59,697 nucleotides of DNA, taken from a virus. Taxonomy: Duplodnaviria > Heunggongvirae > Uroviricota > Caudoviricetes. Every line of letters starts with the position of its first letter. Position 1 is the first letter of the stretch. A program made the translations under genes and the position numbers. Below, piece after piece: positions 1 through 15,836 of the stretch. The DNA is taken from the IMG/VR virus record IMGVR_UViG_3300032007_000013; one strand, given 5' to 3'. The notes beneath the pieces are model-generated. The model was not told where the DNA came from and did not search any database. It was given only the letters and a program-made list of their open reading frames with translations.

Positions 1-3000
1 ATATTATTATCACCAATAATATCTACATCTTGAGTCATTGTCATTTTTTCTTCATCATAAATCATAAATTCTTCAGCATCATTAATGTTAAAACTAGGAT
101 TATATTCAACATTACCTTCCCACCAAGATTTAGTATAATTATCATAATATTTAAATCCAGGAGTAGTAGAAGGCTCCCACTCACCAGTCTATTTATTTTT
201 AACAAATAACTAAAAAATTAATGAATCATCATTAGAAAATCCAGCTGCTACTAATACCGAATATAAATCATTAGGATTTACTGTGCCAGTCTCTTCCCAA
301 CCTTCATCACTATAATTATTTACATACGGATCAGCATAATTCACTGTTATTAAATGAATTTCAGCTAAAATATTATCAAGGCCAACTTCATTAGTTAAAT
401 TATCTATAAAATTTTTTGAAATTTTTAATTTTGTTAAAGCTGTCTATATTTCTTTTAATGGAATATTAGCTGTCTTAAATACTTCAGACAAATCAAATAA
501 TTTATTTGATAATTCCGCACTGGTCGCCTAAACTACTCCATTAATAGCATTTGATAAATTAGAAGAAATATAATTTTTATTTAAAGCATTAAAAAATGTC
601 TAAACTCTAATTTTTTTACTATTATCATTATCATTCTCAGAAGTATAACTTAAAATATCCTATCCATTAACATATGGCTAATTAAAAGGAGTTAAACCAA
701 AATGAGTATATTCATTTAAATCTTGAGAATAAGCATAAATTGGAATGACCTATCTTTTCCATACATGTAAAATATCAATACTAACTGCTGAAAATTTTTG
801 AATTGAACTATCATTTCCATCTTCATCAATTAATGTTTCAATATTATAATTTAAATGTTTTCTTCCAACAATATCGTCATAAATATGTTGTCGCCCTTCT
901 TCTGGGGTCCAAGGATTTTCCACAATTTGATCCTCACCTGGTCTGCCATAAGCATAATATCTTAAATCATAAGGAGCTAAAATATTTGTTTTTGGACCAA
1001 TAAACTGTTCTGCAGTTCGTGTCATAACTTTTATGTCTGAAATCATATCAAATTTTGTTAAAGTAACAGATGTATAAGAATATATTAATTCACGCTCAAA
1101 ATCATTATAAGTTCTTACAGATGGATTCATTTTAGCCCAAACTTCAATGATATTGCGTTCATCTTTATTTAATTCTAAACTACCAGTAACACCTATTGTG
1201 AAAATAGTTTCTCCATCTTCATCATAAATAACTTTTATCTAATCACCAGGAGAAAAATGCGTTATCATTACACTATTCATTGCAATATTATCTGGAGTAA
1301 TTTTTATAAAACCATCTTCGCTTAATATTTTATTATCACTATACATCATCGCTCTAACATCAATAGAACCCCATTGCTCTTCAAAATTACTAAAAGCTTT
1401 TGGTACAACAATGCCATATTCTACTAAGTTATCATAAGTTAATTCAGCGATTTCATAAGCTGTACAGGAAAAATCATGTAACATACGTCCTAATTTCTAC
1501 TATGGTTTTAACTAAGTTTTTATTAAACGAACTAAATAATTTCCTTCTGTAGCTGAACGGAATAATTTGATTTTTCCATTGGTAAGCCAATCTAATACTT
1601 TTAATTTAAAATATCTTTCACCTTTAATATTTTCTCCAGTTAAATTTTTATCCAATCTAACTAAATCAGGTTCGTCAGTTAATTTTAAAGATCTATCAAC
1701 TTTATAGCCTACTGTAGTATTGCTTACCGCTTGCCAACAGCCACCTTCACGTTCAGTTGTATATCTTAATAAAATAGGTTCATTCTTAGAATATAAATTT
1801 ACTTTAGTAGTTCTATTTAAAAATACTAATTTAGGTCCTAAGTTATTTAATTCTAAAGTAGTTACTTCGTCTCCTTTTGCGGTAGATGGTCTATAGAATA
1901 TAGTTAAATCATCATAATAAGATGCTAAATCTTCAATTTCGCCTAACCATTTTCCAATTCCGTCATCTGTGCCTTCCACAAAAAAAGCATTTTTTACCTA
2001 TGTAGCATAGTCTTGTTTGTTTTGTTTAGTATATACCATAACATATTTAACTTCTGTATATAAAATAGCATTAGTGTATGGATCTCTAATATCAGTTTCA
2101 ACTTTTTTTAATCTAAAATTAGCTTCTCTTCTACTATTAGTATAGCCATCAATACTAGTAAAACCTCTAGCATAATTATATTCAAGAATACCAGCTTCTT
2201 CCATTTCAGCTTGATTTAAAAATAATCTTGCTTCATCCATTTGGTAAGAAATTAATCCAGCAATAGAAAATTCTTTATAAGCAACTGAACCATTCCTAAA
2301 AATAAAAGGATATTTACTACCAACAGTTTCAACTTTCTTTTCAGGGATTGTTGTAGTAAATTTAGCTATTTTTGGATTAAAGCGCACTCTTAATTGACGT
2401 TCACCATCTGATAAAAATACATCTTCAAAATCAGCAATAGTAGTATTATATTTCCCGTTAGCATCACTCTAATATTCTTTTTCAGAATAAACATCATGTA
2501 TATTATATTGCTATAAAGCATATTTATATTCAATCCCCTACTCTACTGTCATATCTCTATGATGAATAGTAGATGGAAACTAACTCTATAAAGTAAATCT
2601 ACTAATTTCAATCCATTCGGTAAAATTAGATTCAGCACTTGAACGAGTAATTACGAATGACCCACTATAGGCTTTTTCTCCCCAATATTCAGATTCAACA
2701 TAAATATAAATAAAACCTAATTTAAATAATTTTTGCCATTCTTCATAAGTCCCTTTGAATTTAACAAACTAATTACCTAATTCATCATTAGCATTTTCTA
2801 AACTTTCATTAAGATTATTCGCAACGATTGCCCCAGTTTCTAAAATTTCATCTAATAAAATTATTAATAAATCCCAAGCATTAGAAGCTTCAACTGCATT
2901 TTCTAATTTAACTTGAAATCCATGTATAGTCCCTTTAGAAAAAAATGAAACATTATCTAATCTATCTATTTCATCCTAAAGAGCTTGATATAAAAGAGTT

Positions 3001-4034
3001 TTTTCAATTCTGTTTTCTTTAGCTGAAATTAATGCTGTTTTTGTTAAAGACCAAGCATTTAATTTTTCTTTATAAATGATAATTGAATTTTTTAAATCTT
3101 CTTGAGTATTTAAACCTGATTTAATAAAATATACAGTAGTTGGATCATAATTTGATAAAATATGTAATCTCTAGTAATTACCACTTTTTAAAGCTTCATT
3201 TTTCTCTAATTCCCCTTCTAAGACTACATCAATATATCCATTATCAAAATTATTATTAGCATGTAGTTTAATATTAAATTCTATTGGAACTGAAATAACT
3301 TTCATAATTTTATATTTCGGACTAGAAATAGTTAGTCCATTTAAAGTAGTAACTGTATACTATAAATAATAAGTTGTCCCATCTTCAAAACTATTATATA
3401 AAAGCCAGCTATCTGATGATCTATCTCCATAAGCATCCTAAGTTGCATCATGTATTCTATCTCCAGAAGTTGCTATTAAATTACCATCACTTTCATAAAT
3501 ACTAAAATTATAAGAATATGCTTTTTCAGTACTATCACCAAAATAAGTATTCTATACATAATTTCCTGTAAATGTATTATTAAACATATTAATCTATCCT
3601 ACATCAAAAGGCTACCCATCAGCACTAGCACTAATATAGGCGCTTGGTTTAGCAATACATTTAATAATTCCAACAGTTGAATAATATCCAATATCTCCAT
3701 TTAAATCAACAAAAGCAATCTATACACGATAATATTGACTTTCATTAAAATAACTTTTTCCATCTTTATAATAAAAAGTAAAAATAGCATTACCAGTTTC
3801 AAAATCACACTAGGTAGCAAATTCATCTGAAACTAAATAGGTATTAGTAGATGTAGTTCGTATTTTAATAGCTACGTTAGCTATACTATTTACACTTACA
3901 GCACGATTAATCCCAAAAGGAATTTTTAAAGTTGTACTAATAACAATTTTTTTATCTTCATAAAAAGTATCATAAGTGTTTACAAAAGCTGGTAAACTTC
4001 CTTCCAACTGAGGGGGATATAATTTAACTGCCAC
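1..4034 (-). CDS. Large tail/baseplate-associated structural protein (>1340 aa, TAG=Gln, runs off window edge)
   Basis: GTG start at 4034 with AAGGAGG SD. Code-11 ORFs 3810-4034, 1998-2387, 1512-1979, 1239-1484 and 750-1130 are all in one frame, and those checked end at TAG. Frame is still open at the window start. Lies downstream of the tape measure gene. Confidence 0.7.
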
Positions 4035-4425
4035 TTTCCTCTTCCTCCTTTTGCCCTTTAATTAATTCATTAACAGTATTAATTATCCGCTAAACTGTAA
4101 TCGGGATATCTTCTGGTATTGTTGTCTATATATTTTCTGGAATATAACGACCTGTAATTACTTTCTATTTGGTATAATCGCCGCCTGGTATCCTTATATA
4201 AACTTTATCATTTAATTGATAAGTAGTAATATCAGCATAAGCGGTAAAAATAATATTGCTGTCAGTAGTGACCTAATATCGTCCATAAATACTTTTGGAT
4301 ATATCAGTTACTGTAGCAACTATCGTTTTATCAAAGTCTAAACGTTTTAAGCGTTCTTTTACGATAGCATCAATTGCTTCGAATAATTGTTCTGATAACT
4401 CTGAAACGTCTTTATCTTCAGGCAT
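4024..4425 (-). CDS. Hypothetical tail protein (133 aa, TAG=Gln)
   Basis: ATG at 4425 with AAGGAG SD (MPEDKDVSELSEQLFEAIDAIVKERL...). Contains in-frame TAGs (e.g. 4090). TAA at 4024 overlaps the next start. Absent from the ORF track. Confidence 0.7.
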
Positions 4426-4504
4426 TTGCTATCTCTCCTTTAACTCAAAAATCTTCTATATAAATTAAAAAGATAATAAAGAAAAATTGTTTATAATTGA
4501 CCAA

Positions 4505-4541
4505 AAAAAAAGATGTGAGTATAAAAAACTCACATCTTTTT
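4505..4541 (-). terminator. Intrinsic terminator after tape measure gene
   Basis: Inverted repeat AAAAGATGTGAGT...ACTCACATCTTTT with a T-run on the minus strand. Confidence 0.75.
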
Positions 4542-4544
4542 ATA

Positions 4545-7500
4545 TTATTCATCTTTACGATTGATATATTGAATAGCTCTATTTGCTAAATTATCAAATG
4601 CCTCTTCAATTTCTTCTCTGTCAGTAGCATCAGGAAATTCAGCATTAATATTAACTTCTTGCTATACTGTAATATCCATATCACTTAAATCTGGAATCTA
4701 TAATTGGCCAATACCGCCAGACATTAGATCAGTTGACAAATCAATTTTTCTAAGTATGGTAGCAGCATCTAATAAATTCTCTGTATCTTCGGCATTAAAT
4801 ACATTTTCTTTTTCATGTAATATAGCAAGTTTCCCTTCACTGCCCCAACTACCAGTATAGCCGCCAGTATCATATGGAGTAAATGTAGTATCTGTTCCTG
4901 TGTATTTTGTAGCTTGATAATATTGCTGAAAAGCCTATTGAGCATCGGCCCAAGACCCATTTCCAGTAATAGCAGCAATAACAGAATTAAAGAAGTCTTC
5001 TTCTGTCTATTTTGCTGGATTATAAGAACGCACCTAAGTCAAAATATAAATTAACTAATTAATATTTTCAACTAAATGTTCAGTCTAAGCAACAGTATCA
5101 GCAATAGATTCTGAAAATTCATTTTGCCAAGCAATAGCAGCCTAAATAGCAGAGCCAAAATTATTGTTTAATACATCAGCTAAAGTTACTATTTCATCCT
5201 AAGTCTAATGAGCAGAATCTAAAATAGATGACATAGCTGTATTAACAGTATCACTAAAACCTCCTATTGAAGTACCAGTAACTTCAAGGACATCCTAAAA
5301 CATATGCGTTCTTTGATTTAATGCTTCTTGAAGTTTATCTTGATAATCTTGACTTGATTCAGCCCAATGAAGAAGATATGAATCAAAATCATTTATACCA
5401 GTTAATTGAGATAATAATGTTTCACTCCATGAATCAATTAATTCAGCATTAGACGCTTTATAAGTATCTAACATTCTCTGTAAAGTACCAGCCTAATTCT
5501 CAAATACTACTTCTGACTATTGTTCAAAGAAACCTATTTGCTACTATAACCAAGCATTAATTTCTTCAATACGAGCCTAACGCTCATCATCTGTTAAAGT
5601 AACATCAGTCATGATTTCTTGAAGTATATCTTTATAAGTAGACTAAGCTTCTAATGCTTTCTCTTGTAAGGTCTAGATATATTCTGCATTTAACTGTTGA
5701 TATTCATGTAATTTATCTTCATATTCCTATTCAGCCTGAGCCACTTCATCTTCATTAGCAGTAAATACATAACCCCAATTACCATCCATATCTCTCTATA
5801 AACGAACAGTCTATTTAGCTTCTTCTGCTAGCTATAAATCATTATAAGCCTACTATAATTCAAATTTAGCTCTTAAAGCATCAACTTCATACTAACTTAA
5901 ATCTGCTCCTTTTTCTTGATATTCTGTAATCTATTTTTGTAATTCAAGAATTTCCTATCTATTAGTAACTCCACGAGTATCAGTTAATAATTTATTAATT
6001 TCTCTCTATAATTTATTTAATTCATATAAAGTATCATAATCTTCTAAATAATGAGTATCTTCATCACTAATTCTATTAAAAGCATCCTATAAATATTCAA
6101 GAGAACCAAAAGCTCCAGATATAGCTTTATCAAATTCTGCTACAATATTATCCATCATAGTTTCAAATATTTCTTGAATTAAATCAGAAGTTTCTTGCCA
6201 TCTATCATAATATTCTTCATGAGCATCATTTAAAGCCTCCTAGGTTGACTACAAGGTCTCTTCCCACTTATGAGCCATATCTTCATCACCATTAGCAATA
6301 GCATTATTATAGGCTGCCTGTGCCATAGCATAACTTTCCTGTAAAGCATTATATCTATCTTTAGCAGTTTCTAACTAAATTTTTGATGATTCTAACATAG
6401 CATCATTTAACTAAGAAATTAATTTTAACTAATCTCTATTAATCTACTATCCCATTAAATCAGTAATATCCTTAAATGTTTCTAATACTGTATTATAAAT
6501 ATCAAATTTATCATAAGCATTTTCAACTTTTTCATTGAAACTATCAAAAGCATCATTCACTTTATCAACAATATTTTGTTTAATTTCTAACAATGCTTGA
6601 TTTGCTTCTAAAAGGCCATCTCGCCATTCTTTAATAGCATCTATTTGCTCTTGAGTAAAATCACCATGCATAATTTTTCTTAATACATCTGGATCAGTTA
6701 AATGATCTAAATCATCCATAGTCATTCCACGAAAACGATTTCCACCAAGTTCTTGTCCTAACCAATCTTTAATACCTTGATTATAGGTAGAAATCTTACT
6801 AAATAAATCTTGGACTTGATTTCCAAAAATACCTATAGCTTTTGAAGCTTTATAAGCATCATCTTCATACTTAGATAAATAATATTCCAAAAGGGCCATG
6901 TCATCATCATTAATTTCAATCTTCATATCAACAGTAGTCTAAATTTTTTCAAAAAAAGCATCAGAAATTTCATCCATCATTTGACGAACTTTATTCATTT
7001 CTTCTTCAAATTTATTTAAAGTTTCTTCATATCTCTCAATATATTCACGAGCATCATCAATAGCCTATTGCCACATTTCAAGATAAATTTTTAAAGCATC
7101 AGGCATTTCTGCCCCAGTAACACGAAATTGATTTTCAATATCTATAATCTAATTTTCCATATCAAGTAACTGTTTTTCAATTTCATCATAATTCTTAATA
7201 ACACCATTATCATCAATTTCAACGCCTATATTAAAAAATCCATTATTGCCTAATGCTTCTCTCATTTTTTGTAAATCTTGTGGAAGTTTTTCAGCTATTT
7301 CTTTTGTATATTCTTGCTATAAAGCCAAAGACTATTTTCTTAAATCAATTTCTTTTTCTAACTAATAAATTTTTTCTTTTCCAAAAGCTCGTTCTTTTTC
7401 TCGTTCTGCTTCATCCTATTTTCTTTTAGTATCACCAATACGTTCTTTTACACGATGGTATCGTCTGCCCATATCTTCTTTTTTGTGAGGTTTAGGAGCT

Positions 7501-10500
7501 TGTGGATGGCCTCCGCCTCCACCACCGCCTCCACCACCGCCTCCACCACCGGCGGTTTGGTTACCTCCAATTTTACTCGCAGATTTAATCTAAAACTATG
7601 GTACTTCATACTCTCCAGTTTCTACTTCTACACCATCAGGTACATAATAATAAAATGTTTGATTGCCATCTAGTCCATAACATAACTCAGAAGCTTGTCT
7701 AAATTTTACGGCTGCTCCCTAAACTTCCTCTGTTTTAGGCCCTAAATCATCAACTTCAACTCTTAACCCAAATAATTCAGCAGCTAATTGCTAAAATTGT
7801 TCACCACTTGTTGCAAACTGATTCAAGAAACTTTGAACCTAATCTAAAACTGCCTAATATTCTGAGCCAACCAATTCAGCATCAGGAGCTACATCCATAT
7901 TATCAACTAAAGCGTTAATTTCAGCTATCTAAGAACCTAAAGTCTAAATAGCACTATCAATTTCCCCTCGCATTGCTTCTATTTCTTTTTCTGTTTTTCC
8001 TGATAAAGTTGTTGCTGCCAATAGACCAGCAGCCTAAATCTGACCGAAAGCCTAAGCATCACCATTTAAACTTTTTTCTAATAAACCATTCTTTCTAATT
8101 AAGTTTGTTAAAGGAGTTGGCATATTTTCTATTACACGAGAATATTTACCTAATTGACGATTTAACCTTTTGACAGTTTTTTCATCTTTTTGGTCCTAGG
8201 TAATATTTTTCCCCTTCTATTTTTCTAATCTATCTAGAGCTTCTGTATAAGTATCTAAATTTTGCTCTAAATCTTCTACTGCTTCAGCCTGTCCAACAAA
8301 CATTTCAGCAAAGTCTAAAGCCTATAAGCGACTTGTGGCTGCTCCAATATCTTCTAAATAATCTGCCATTTCTTTAACTGCTTTCCAATCAGTATCATTT
8401 GGTAAAGCATCTTTAAAAGCTCTTTCAGCCTCTGCCCCAAAATCTTTAGCCTTCTCTTTAGCTCCTTCAATGGCTGTTTCTAATTCCGCTATCTTATCAG
8501 TAGTTTCAGATACAGTATCACCCATGCTAGCTGCTAAATCTAGATTTTCATCAGAAATAGCTCCGCTTTCTTCTGACATACCTTCTTCAATACCAGACAA
8601 ACTAGCATCATACTCATCGGCAGATATATTTCCTTCGGCTCTTTCGGCATCTAAATCTGCTTTTTGCTACTATAATTCTAATACTCTTTCTAAAGCAGCA
8701 ACTTCTGCATCTGCCGCTTCAGCTTTAGCAGCTGCTTCATCAGCAATTGCATCAGCTCTTTCTTGTAAAAATTCTAACTATTCATCAGAATCCATATCTC
8801 TAAAATCTGAGTAAGAAGTGTCTTCTTCATCCCAATCAATAATCCCTTTAGCATCTTGAGCGAATTTATCCCAGTCAGCACTGCTCATATCTTCTTTTAA
8901 ATCGCCCATTAAAGTTTCTAATCCATCAAGTCCTTCTCGGATAGGGGCCACAGGATCGTTAAAGGTATCTTCTGTTTGCCCTAAAATAGCCATTAACTAT
9001 TCTGCTTCGCTAACAGCTGAAGCTAATGCGTCTACTATTTGGTCAAAACTTTCTGTTCCTACTCCTTCTAATAGAGCTTTTAATTCTTCAGATAATCCTT
9101 TTCCATTTAATAAATCATCTACAATTTCTTCATATGTTTTTTCTGGATTGTTTGCCTATTCTTGAGCTATTGTTTCTTGCAACTACTATAATCCAGTAAT
9201 TTTATTCTAAGTTGCTGCTAACGATTCTTCTGCCTAACTATACTAATCATTTCCCTATGAACGTAAAAATTCTTTGCTAGTTTTAAAATTAGCCTGAATA
9301 AACTAATTATATAAATCAGTTGGTATACCATTATTATCAATTAATCCAAAATCTTTACCATGCTCTCTAGCCCATTTAGCTTTATCAGTATCAGAAGTAA
9401 ATTCTTGAAAAGCAGATTCCATACGAGACAAAACTGGATCAAGTTGGCGTTCCCAAGTCTATCCTTTAGCAGCGTCAATTTTACCCTAAGTAGCTTGTAA
9501 ATTAGCATAAGCATTATTTTTATCATATACTCCACTAATAAATTCATCATAATTATTTCCTAAAATTTCTCTTAATCTAGAATCTGCCTAAGCATTAGTT
9601 CCAGATTTTTTACCTGCTAATAAACGTTCTATTGTTCCATCTTCAAAAGCATCAATCTACTTCTAATACTAATCAAGTTTTGCTTGATCAACTTGAATTG
9701 ATTGCTGTAAAGCATTGCGATTCCATTCTGCTCTTTCACTATCAGTGACTTTATAATATCTGCCAACTGCATCCCAATCAGGATTTTCGCCATTTGGTCC
9801 AGATAAGCCTAAATATTCTCCACTTTCTTGTAAGAATTTAATTAATTCATTGCCACTCATAGTAGTGGAAAAACTATCTAATGCAGATTTCAGATTTTCA
9901 AATTCTAATTTCTACATAGCTTCCATTTGTTCAGCAGCTGCTTTCAAACGTTCTTCTATCTCTGCTGCTGAGACAGCTCCACCTTCAAGAATATCTTGTA
10001 AAACCTATAGTTTATCAGCCGTTGTTACTGCCGCTTGTAATTTTTCTAATAAATTATCTGCTGAAACATCAGATAAAAATCCAGATGAACGTAAATTATC
10101 TATTTCACTTTGTATAGCTTTATCAAGTTTATCTTTATCTTCAATTTTTGTGGCATCTTTTAATTTACTTTGAGATTCTTCCCAAGAATCAATTTTTCCA
10201 TGATCAGCAACCATTTGTGCTCCAATGGCTTTTTGCATCTATTCCTATTGATTCTTATAAGAACTAAGAATAAAATCGGCCGCAGCTGTCCCTCCACCAG
10301 CCTTATATTTACCAGTCTTATCAGTAAATCCCAATACTTCTCCATACTCTTTAATAAAACTATTCCACGCATCTGGGTTCATATTTTCGGATAAAGCATT
10401 CGCCGCTGACATAATAGTACCTAATTTATTAGTATCAAAAATTTCTGCATAAGCATTTAATATATATTTAATATCAGCTATAGCTTCTGCTCTTTGAAGT

Positions 10501-13500
10501 TTTAATTCACCAATAACTTGTTCTCTATATTTATCATCTGATTCAAGCTTTTTCTATTCTTCTTCGGTATATCCTAATCCAGCTAAACTATTCTCTTCTC
10601 CTGTAAAATTTTCTAATTTTTCTAAAATAGCGTCATATTGGTCAACTGCTTCCTATAGCTTATCAGCTTTAGAATAGCCAGCAGCTCTAATAATATCCTA
10701 CTAAGTTTCATAATCAGAATTAATAAAATTAGCTTTAGCTTCATCAGTATCTAATCCTAAATCAGAACCATAATTTCCAAGAAAAGTAGCCCACTCTTTT
10801 CCGCTCATATTTTCTTTGAAATCTTTTTTGGCTTTATCAATATTTTCAATCTAAGTACGAATCATAACTGGATCAGCATCAGCAATTTTCTAAAGTTCAG
10901 CTATAAGACCAGCAAAATCTAACTATCCATTCTAAATAAATGATGAAATATCCCCGAAATCAAACATTTTTTGCCAAATATTTGGAGTAAATTTCATTAA
11001 TTTATCAAAAGCTTCTGTCCCAAAATTCTTAGGATCAAAAATAGAATTAAATATATCTTGAGAAAATTCTGGTAGATTCTATTCTTTAAATATTTTTTCT
11101 ACATTAAACATCTATTGAGCTAATGTATTTAATTGCTATTCATTAAACTAATCCAGATTTCCATTATCCCAAAGATCATTCCACTAATTTGCCCCATAAT
11201 GAGGATTATTAGTATCAAATCGATATAATGCTGGAGAACCATTTCGCACAGCTTCAGCATAATCTGTATCTACTCTTCCATAAATCTTATCTTTACTTTT
11301 TGAAATAAAATCAGAAGCCGCACTACGAATGCTATCATCAGCAAAACCGCCGAGCTCTTCTAACATTTGATTCATAATAGCATTTAAGCCAGTATCTTTT
11401 CCATTTAAGCCTAATAAAGTTCTAATATCACTACCATTTTGTCCTAAATTTCGCATCTATTCTAATGACATAGAACCAATTATATCTTCATAATTAAATT
11501 TTTGATCCTTTACATCATAAAATGGTAAAATTTTACTTAAACTAGACTACTAATCAGCATTTAAATCTTTATACAATGAATCAGCTTTTTTAGAAACTTC
11601 TTTCGCCTATTTTATAGCTTCTTGTTGAGCAAACCAATTTGCTAAACCTTCTTGGCTTAAATCTAAAGCTTCATTCTTTAATGTTGTTGGATTAAAAGTA
11701 CTAAAATGATATCCATTATCATCTCTTAATACTCCATTAGTAGATGCTCGAACTGTATTATCGTATTGCTACATCTAAGCCAAAAGCCACTGACCTTCAG
11801 TTGAGTTAAATTCTAATTTTTCTTTTTTAGCAAATTCAGAAATAGTCTAATAATTAGAACGCCCAGGGGCAGCTCCCATAGGGCCTCCACCATAATTTTC
11901 GATATAAGTTGGAATATTCATTCCAGAAACAATTTCTCCACCTAATACTCGGTTCCATAAATCAATTGTTTCTTTATTTTCTTCGCTACTAGCCTACAAA
12001 GCCCTTATTTGTGCATAATCAGAACTATCTTGTCCAATAATATCTTTTATAGATAATCCGCCTAATAAAGCTAATTTTTCACTAGCAGTAGCAGCATTCT
12101 AGCCCATTTCGAGAATCTTCTATTGCCATGTTTCAATAGAACCTTCTGTTGCGTCACAAGATCCAACTAAACGAGTAAAAGCTTCTTCTAAGGCAGCAGG
12201 AGACTCTTTCGCAGCATTAAATAATTCTGAAAGATTATCATTTATTTTAGTTTTTATCTCATCTTCTGTCAATTCTCTATTTTCAGATAAATCAGTTCCA
12301 GAAGTCATAACTCCTAATTGACCAACATCTTTTATTACCTAACGAACAAAAGTAGTCATATCAGCATTTAACTAAGCATCAGCAGCTGCACTATCAGATA
12401 AAATAGAACCAAATTGGGCTTCACTTTCTCTTATATCTGCCCTTTCCTATGCCTGTTTTAATAAAGTCTCATTTAAACGTCCAGTTTCCTAATACTCTCT
12501 ACGTAACTATTTTAATTCATCTAAATTTAAATTATTACCAATAGAACTAAAGACAGAACGGACAGAAGATTCTGTCTACTATAAAGCATTATTCCATTCT
12601 TCAGTGCCGCGTACACAACTATCTAAAGCACTAGTAGCATTTTTATATCCATCAATCGCAGTTTTTAGACCTTCAGCAGACTATTTAGCTTTATCATATG
12701 CGGCGGCCATCTAATTAGCAGCTTCGGCGGCATTTGCTGCTTGCGTATAAGGTAAATTTCGAGCAGCTTCAACGGCTTCATATAAATGGATGCCTAAAGC
12801 TACTACTGCTGCAGTAATTGCTATAATAGCAGCAGCTCCACCCATACTTAATCCAGCAAAAGCTCCACTAAGATTTTTAACTGCTCCAATTAAATTAGGT
12901 ACTGCCATACCAATGCCCATTAAGCCTGCTAAAACTTTATCAGTAGCTGAAGCACTATCATCTCCCCAAGTTTTAAACATTGAACGCAAAGAGTTAATAG
13001 CAACATAAGTTTGCATAGCAGCAGCCCCAACCTTAGCCATTGATTCTATTGGACTTGTTTCATGTTTTGGGTTATGTTCATCAATTCTTTGTCTTATAGT
13101 ATTTTCTTTGTCTTTAGCATCTTGATTAGCTTTATCTCTCTAAGCTTCAGCATCTTTTACTGCCTTATCCTAAGCTTCATATTTTTCTTGAGCATCTTTT
13201 AATTCTTTATTAACACCTTTTAATTGTTCTTTCTATTCTTCAGTTAAATCTTTATTACTTTCTAACTTAGTTTTAATCTAATTTAATCGTTTTACTTCTT
13301 CTTGTGTGTTATCTCTAGTATTTCTAGCTTTTTCTAACTGTTTAGTAATAGTATCTACTTCTTTATAAGCTTTCGATAAATCTTTTAATCCCTATTCATC
13401 TATGCCCAAACCTTTTAAAATAGACTTACTTTCATTTGTTCCAACGGGCATTTTTTCAATATTAGTACGTAAAGCTTTTAACTAATCATTAAATTTTGTT

Positions 13501-15836
13501 ATATCAGTTTCTTGAGTTAAATCTTTAAAAGCTTTCTATAACCCAGCATTATTTTTCAATATTGGTTCATAAGCTTTATTTATAGCATCTAATTTCTATT
13601 TAGCATCTTCTAAAGATTCTTCACTCTAAACTTTTCCTATTGAACCAAGTGAACTTTTAAAGACAGAACTTACATCAGTCTTATTCTAAGCTCCTACAGC
13701 TGTCTATAATAAATTGTTAATTAAATTATCATTAGCTGACTAAATAGTCTATTGTCTTGAACTTGAAAATAATGGATTTGAACTTAAACTATTAAAAGCT
13801 GATGGAGTAGTAGCTATTTTATTAATAGCAGTACCATATAATGAATTATAATTAGCCTAAGCAGAACGCTATTGGCCAAAATATGTTTTTACATCATCCC
13901 TTGAACTTTGTAATCTATTTTGGGCATCTCTCTATGCCGCTTCAACAGCTTCCTTTCTATTATCAGCAGCACTTTTTCGAGCTTCCTTAGCTGCTGTTAC
14001 TTTTTCTTCTGCTTTAGTAGCATCAGCAATCATTTTAGCATACTCTTCATATTCTTTTTGCAAACCAAAGATATATAATTCTTCTTGAGCTCGTTCTTTA
14101 TCATTCATCTAATCACTAACAGCACTAAATTTTGTACGGGCAGTTAATATTCCAGAATATCCAGTTAATTCTGCTTTAGTAGTAGGACTAGCATTCTACC
14201 AATTGCTTTTAATGATATTATTCATTTCTTCCTACATACCGCCATATACTTTCTATGCTCCGCCGCCCAATACTTTCATATTTTGAATCATTTGGCTTAT
14301 AGCAGGAGTAATTTTATTAGCAACATTAGATAAAAAAATAGAACTTAATCCTGTTAAAATAGTTTTAATTCCACCTAAACGTTCGATAAAATTATCAATT
14401 CCACTAAGAGTATCTGATAATCCATTATTAAAAGAAATAAAAAATTTATCATCTAATAAAGTCTAATATAAACCTTCTGTAGCAACCTTTACTCTATCAC
14501 GAGCTGCTTCCCAAGATTCGGCATATATATCCGCCTGAGCCTATAAAGTGCCTTCTGAATTTTGGGCTGTCCCTAAATTAACTTTAAATACATCCCATTT
14601 ATCCATTAATGCTACTAAATTAGTATATTGGCGAACACCACCAACTGTTTCTGCTAAAGCTACCTATTGAGCTTTTGTTAATCCCTACCATTTAGATGCC
14701 ATTTCATCTAAAATAGTGTCCATATCCTTTAATTCGCCAGTTTGAGTCTATATATCTACTCCAATAGTTTTTAATGCCTATGAATACTTATTTAAAGTAG
14801 TACCATCTTCTAAAGTCTCTCCAAGAGATAATCCTTGTAAACGAGAGAAAATAGTTCTTAAAGAAGTACCTACTTGATCAGCACTCTAACGAGTTTCAGC
14901 AACTAATGTTGCTAATGCAGAAGTAGCATATTCATAACTTAAACCAATTGTCTTGGCGACAGCTGAGAATTTGCTTAAACCAGTAGCGATTTCTTGTGAA
15001 CTTGAAGCAGTAGAAGCACCTAATGCTGTAATAACATCAATATAAGATTCTAATGATTTACTACCATTATCAAAGTTATTCCAAATAGCAGTCATTTGAT
15101 CAGATACAGCTTCGGCACTTTGACGAGAAACATTAGCTAATTTTAATGTAGCAGCTGTTCTTTCTGCAACCTATTTATCATCTAAACCCTATTGATAATA
15201 AATTAATGAAGCTTTTGTATAATCTAATGTAGTAGCATTTAATTGTTTAGCATTCTTATTTGCTTGTTCAGCAAATTTACTCATTTGTTCTATACTCTAA
15301 CCAGTAACAATACGAATATTATTTAATGATTCATTTAAATCCTATGAATAGTTCATAGCTGTCTATATACCACCTATTAAACCATGCATAATACTAGATG
15401 ATAACTAGAAACGAGCTACATTTTTTAATGTAGTAAACATAGTATTTAAATGACTATTAACACTTAAAGCAGGCTGATCAGCCATAGAAATAGATTTAGC
15501 TAAAGCGGTAAATGCCTATTGTCCAGTACTACCAGCATCCTTAAAACTTGCAGTTAATTGAGTTAAGCTTGTTCCACTTGCTTTTAAACTAGAATTTAAT
15601 TTACTTAAATCTAAATTTCCAGTTTTTATATTAAAAGCATTATTTAAATGCATTGCCAATTCACGAGCATTAGCAGATGCCTCTTTAAATTTCTATGGAT
15701 CTAATACACCTATTGATTGATTTGCTGATCCATATCCTAATTTCTAAATAGCTGACTATAATTCGTTAATAGCAGATTTAGCCTAAGAAGTGTCAGCTGT
15801 AAATCTCATATCTACATTTAGATGTTTTCCACCCAT
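4545..15836 (-). CDS. Tail tape measure protein (~3763 aa, TAG=Gln)
   Basis: ATG at 15836 with SD. N-terminal TP901/PhageMin_Tail-like region (LNESLNNIRIVTG...KASLIYYQQG...TAIWNNF...VGTSLRTIFSRL). Nine code-11 fragments share this frame. Ala-rich helical repeats, hydrophobic segment near 12.7-13.0 kb, C-terminal YDTGGYTG...LAILHEKE motif, TAA at 4545. Not every codon was checked for TAA/TGA. Confidence 0.85.
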
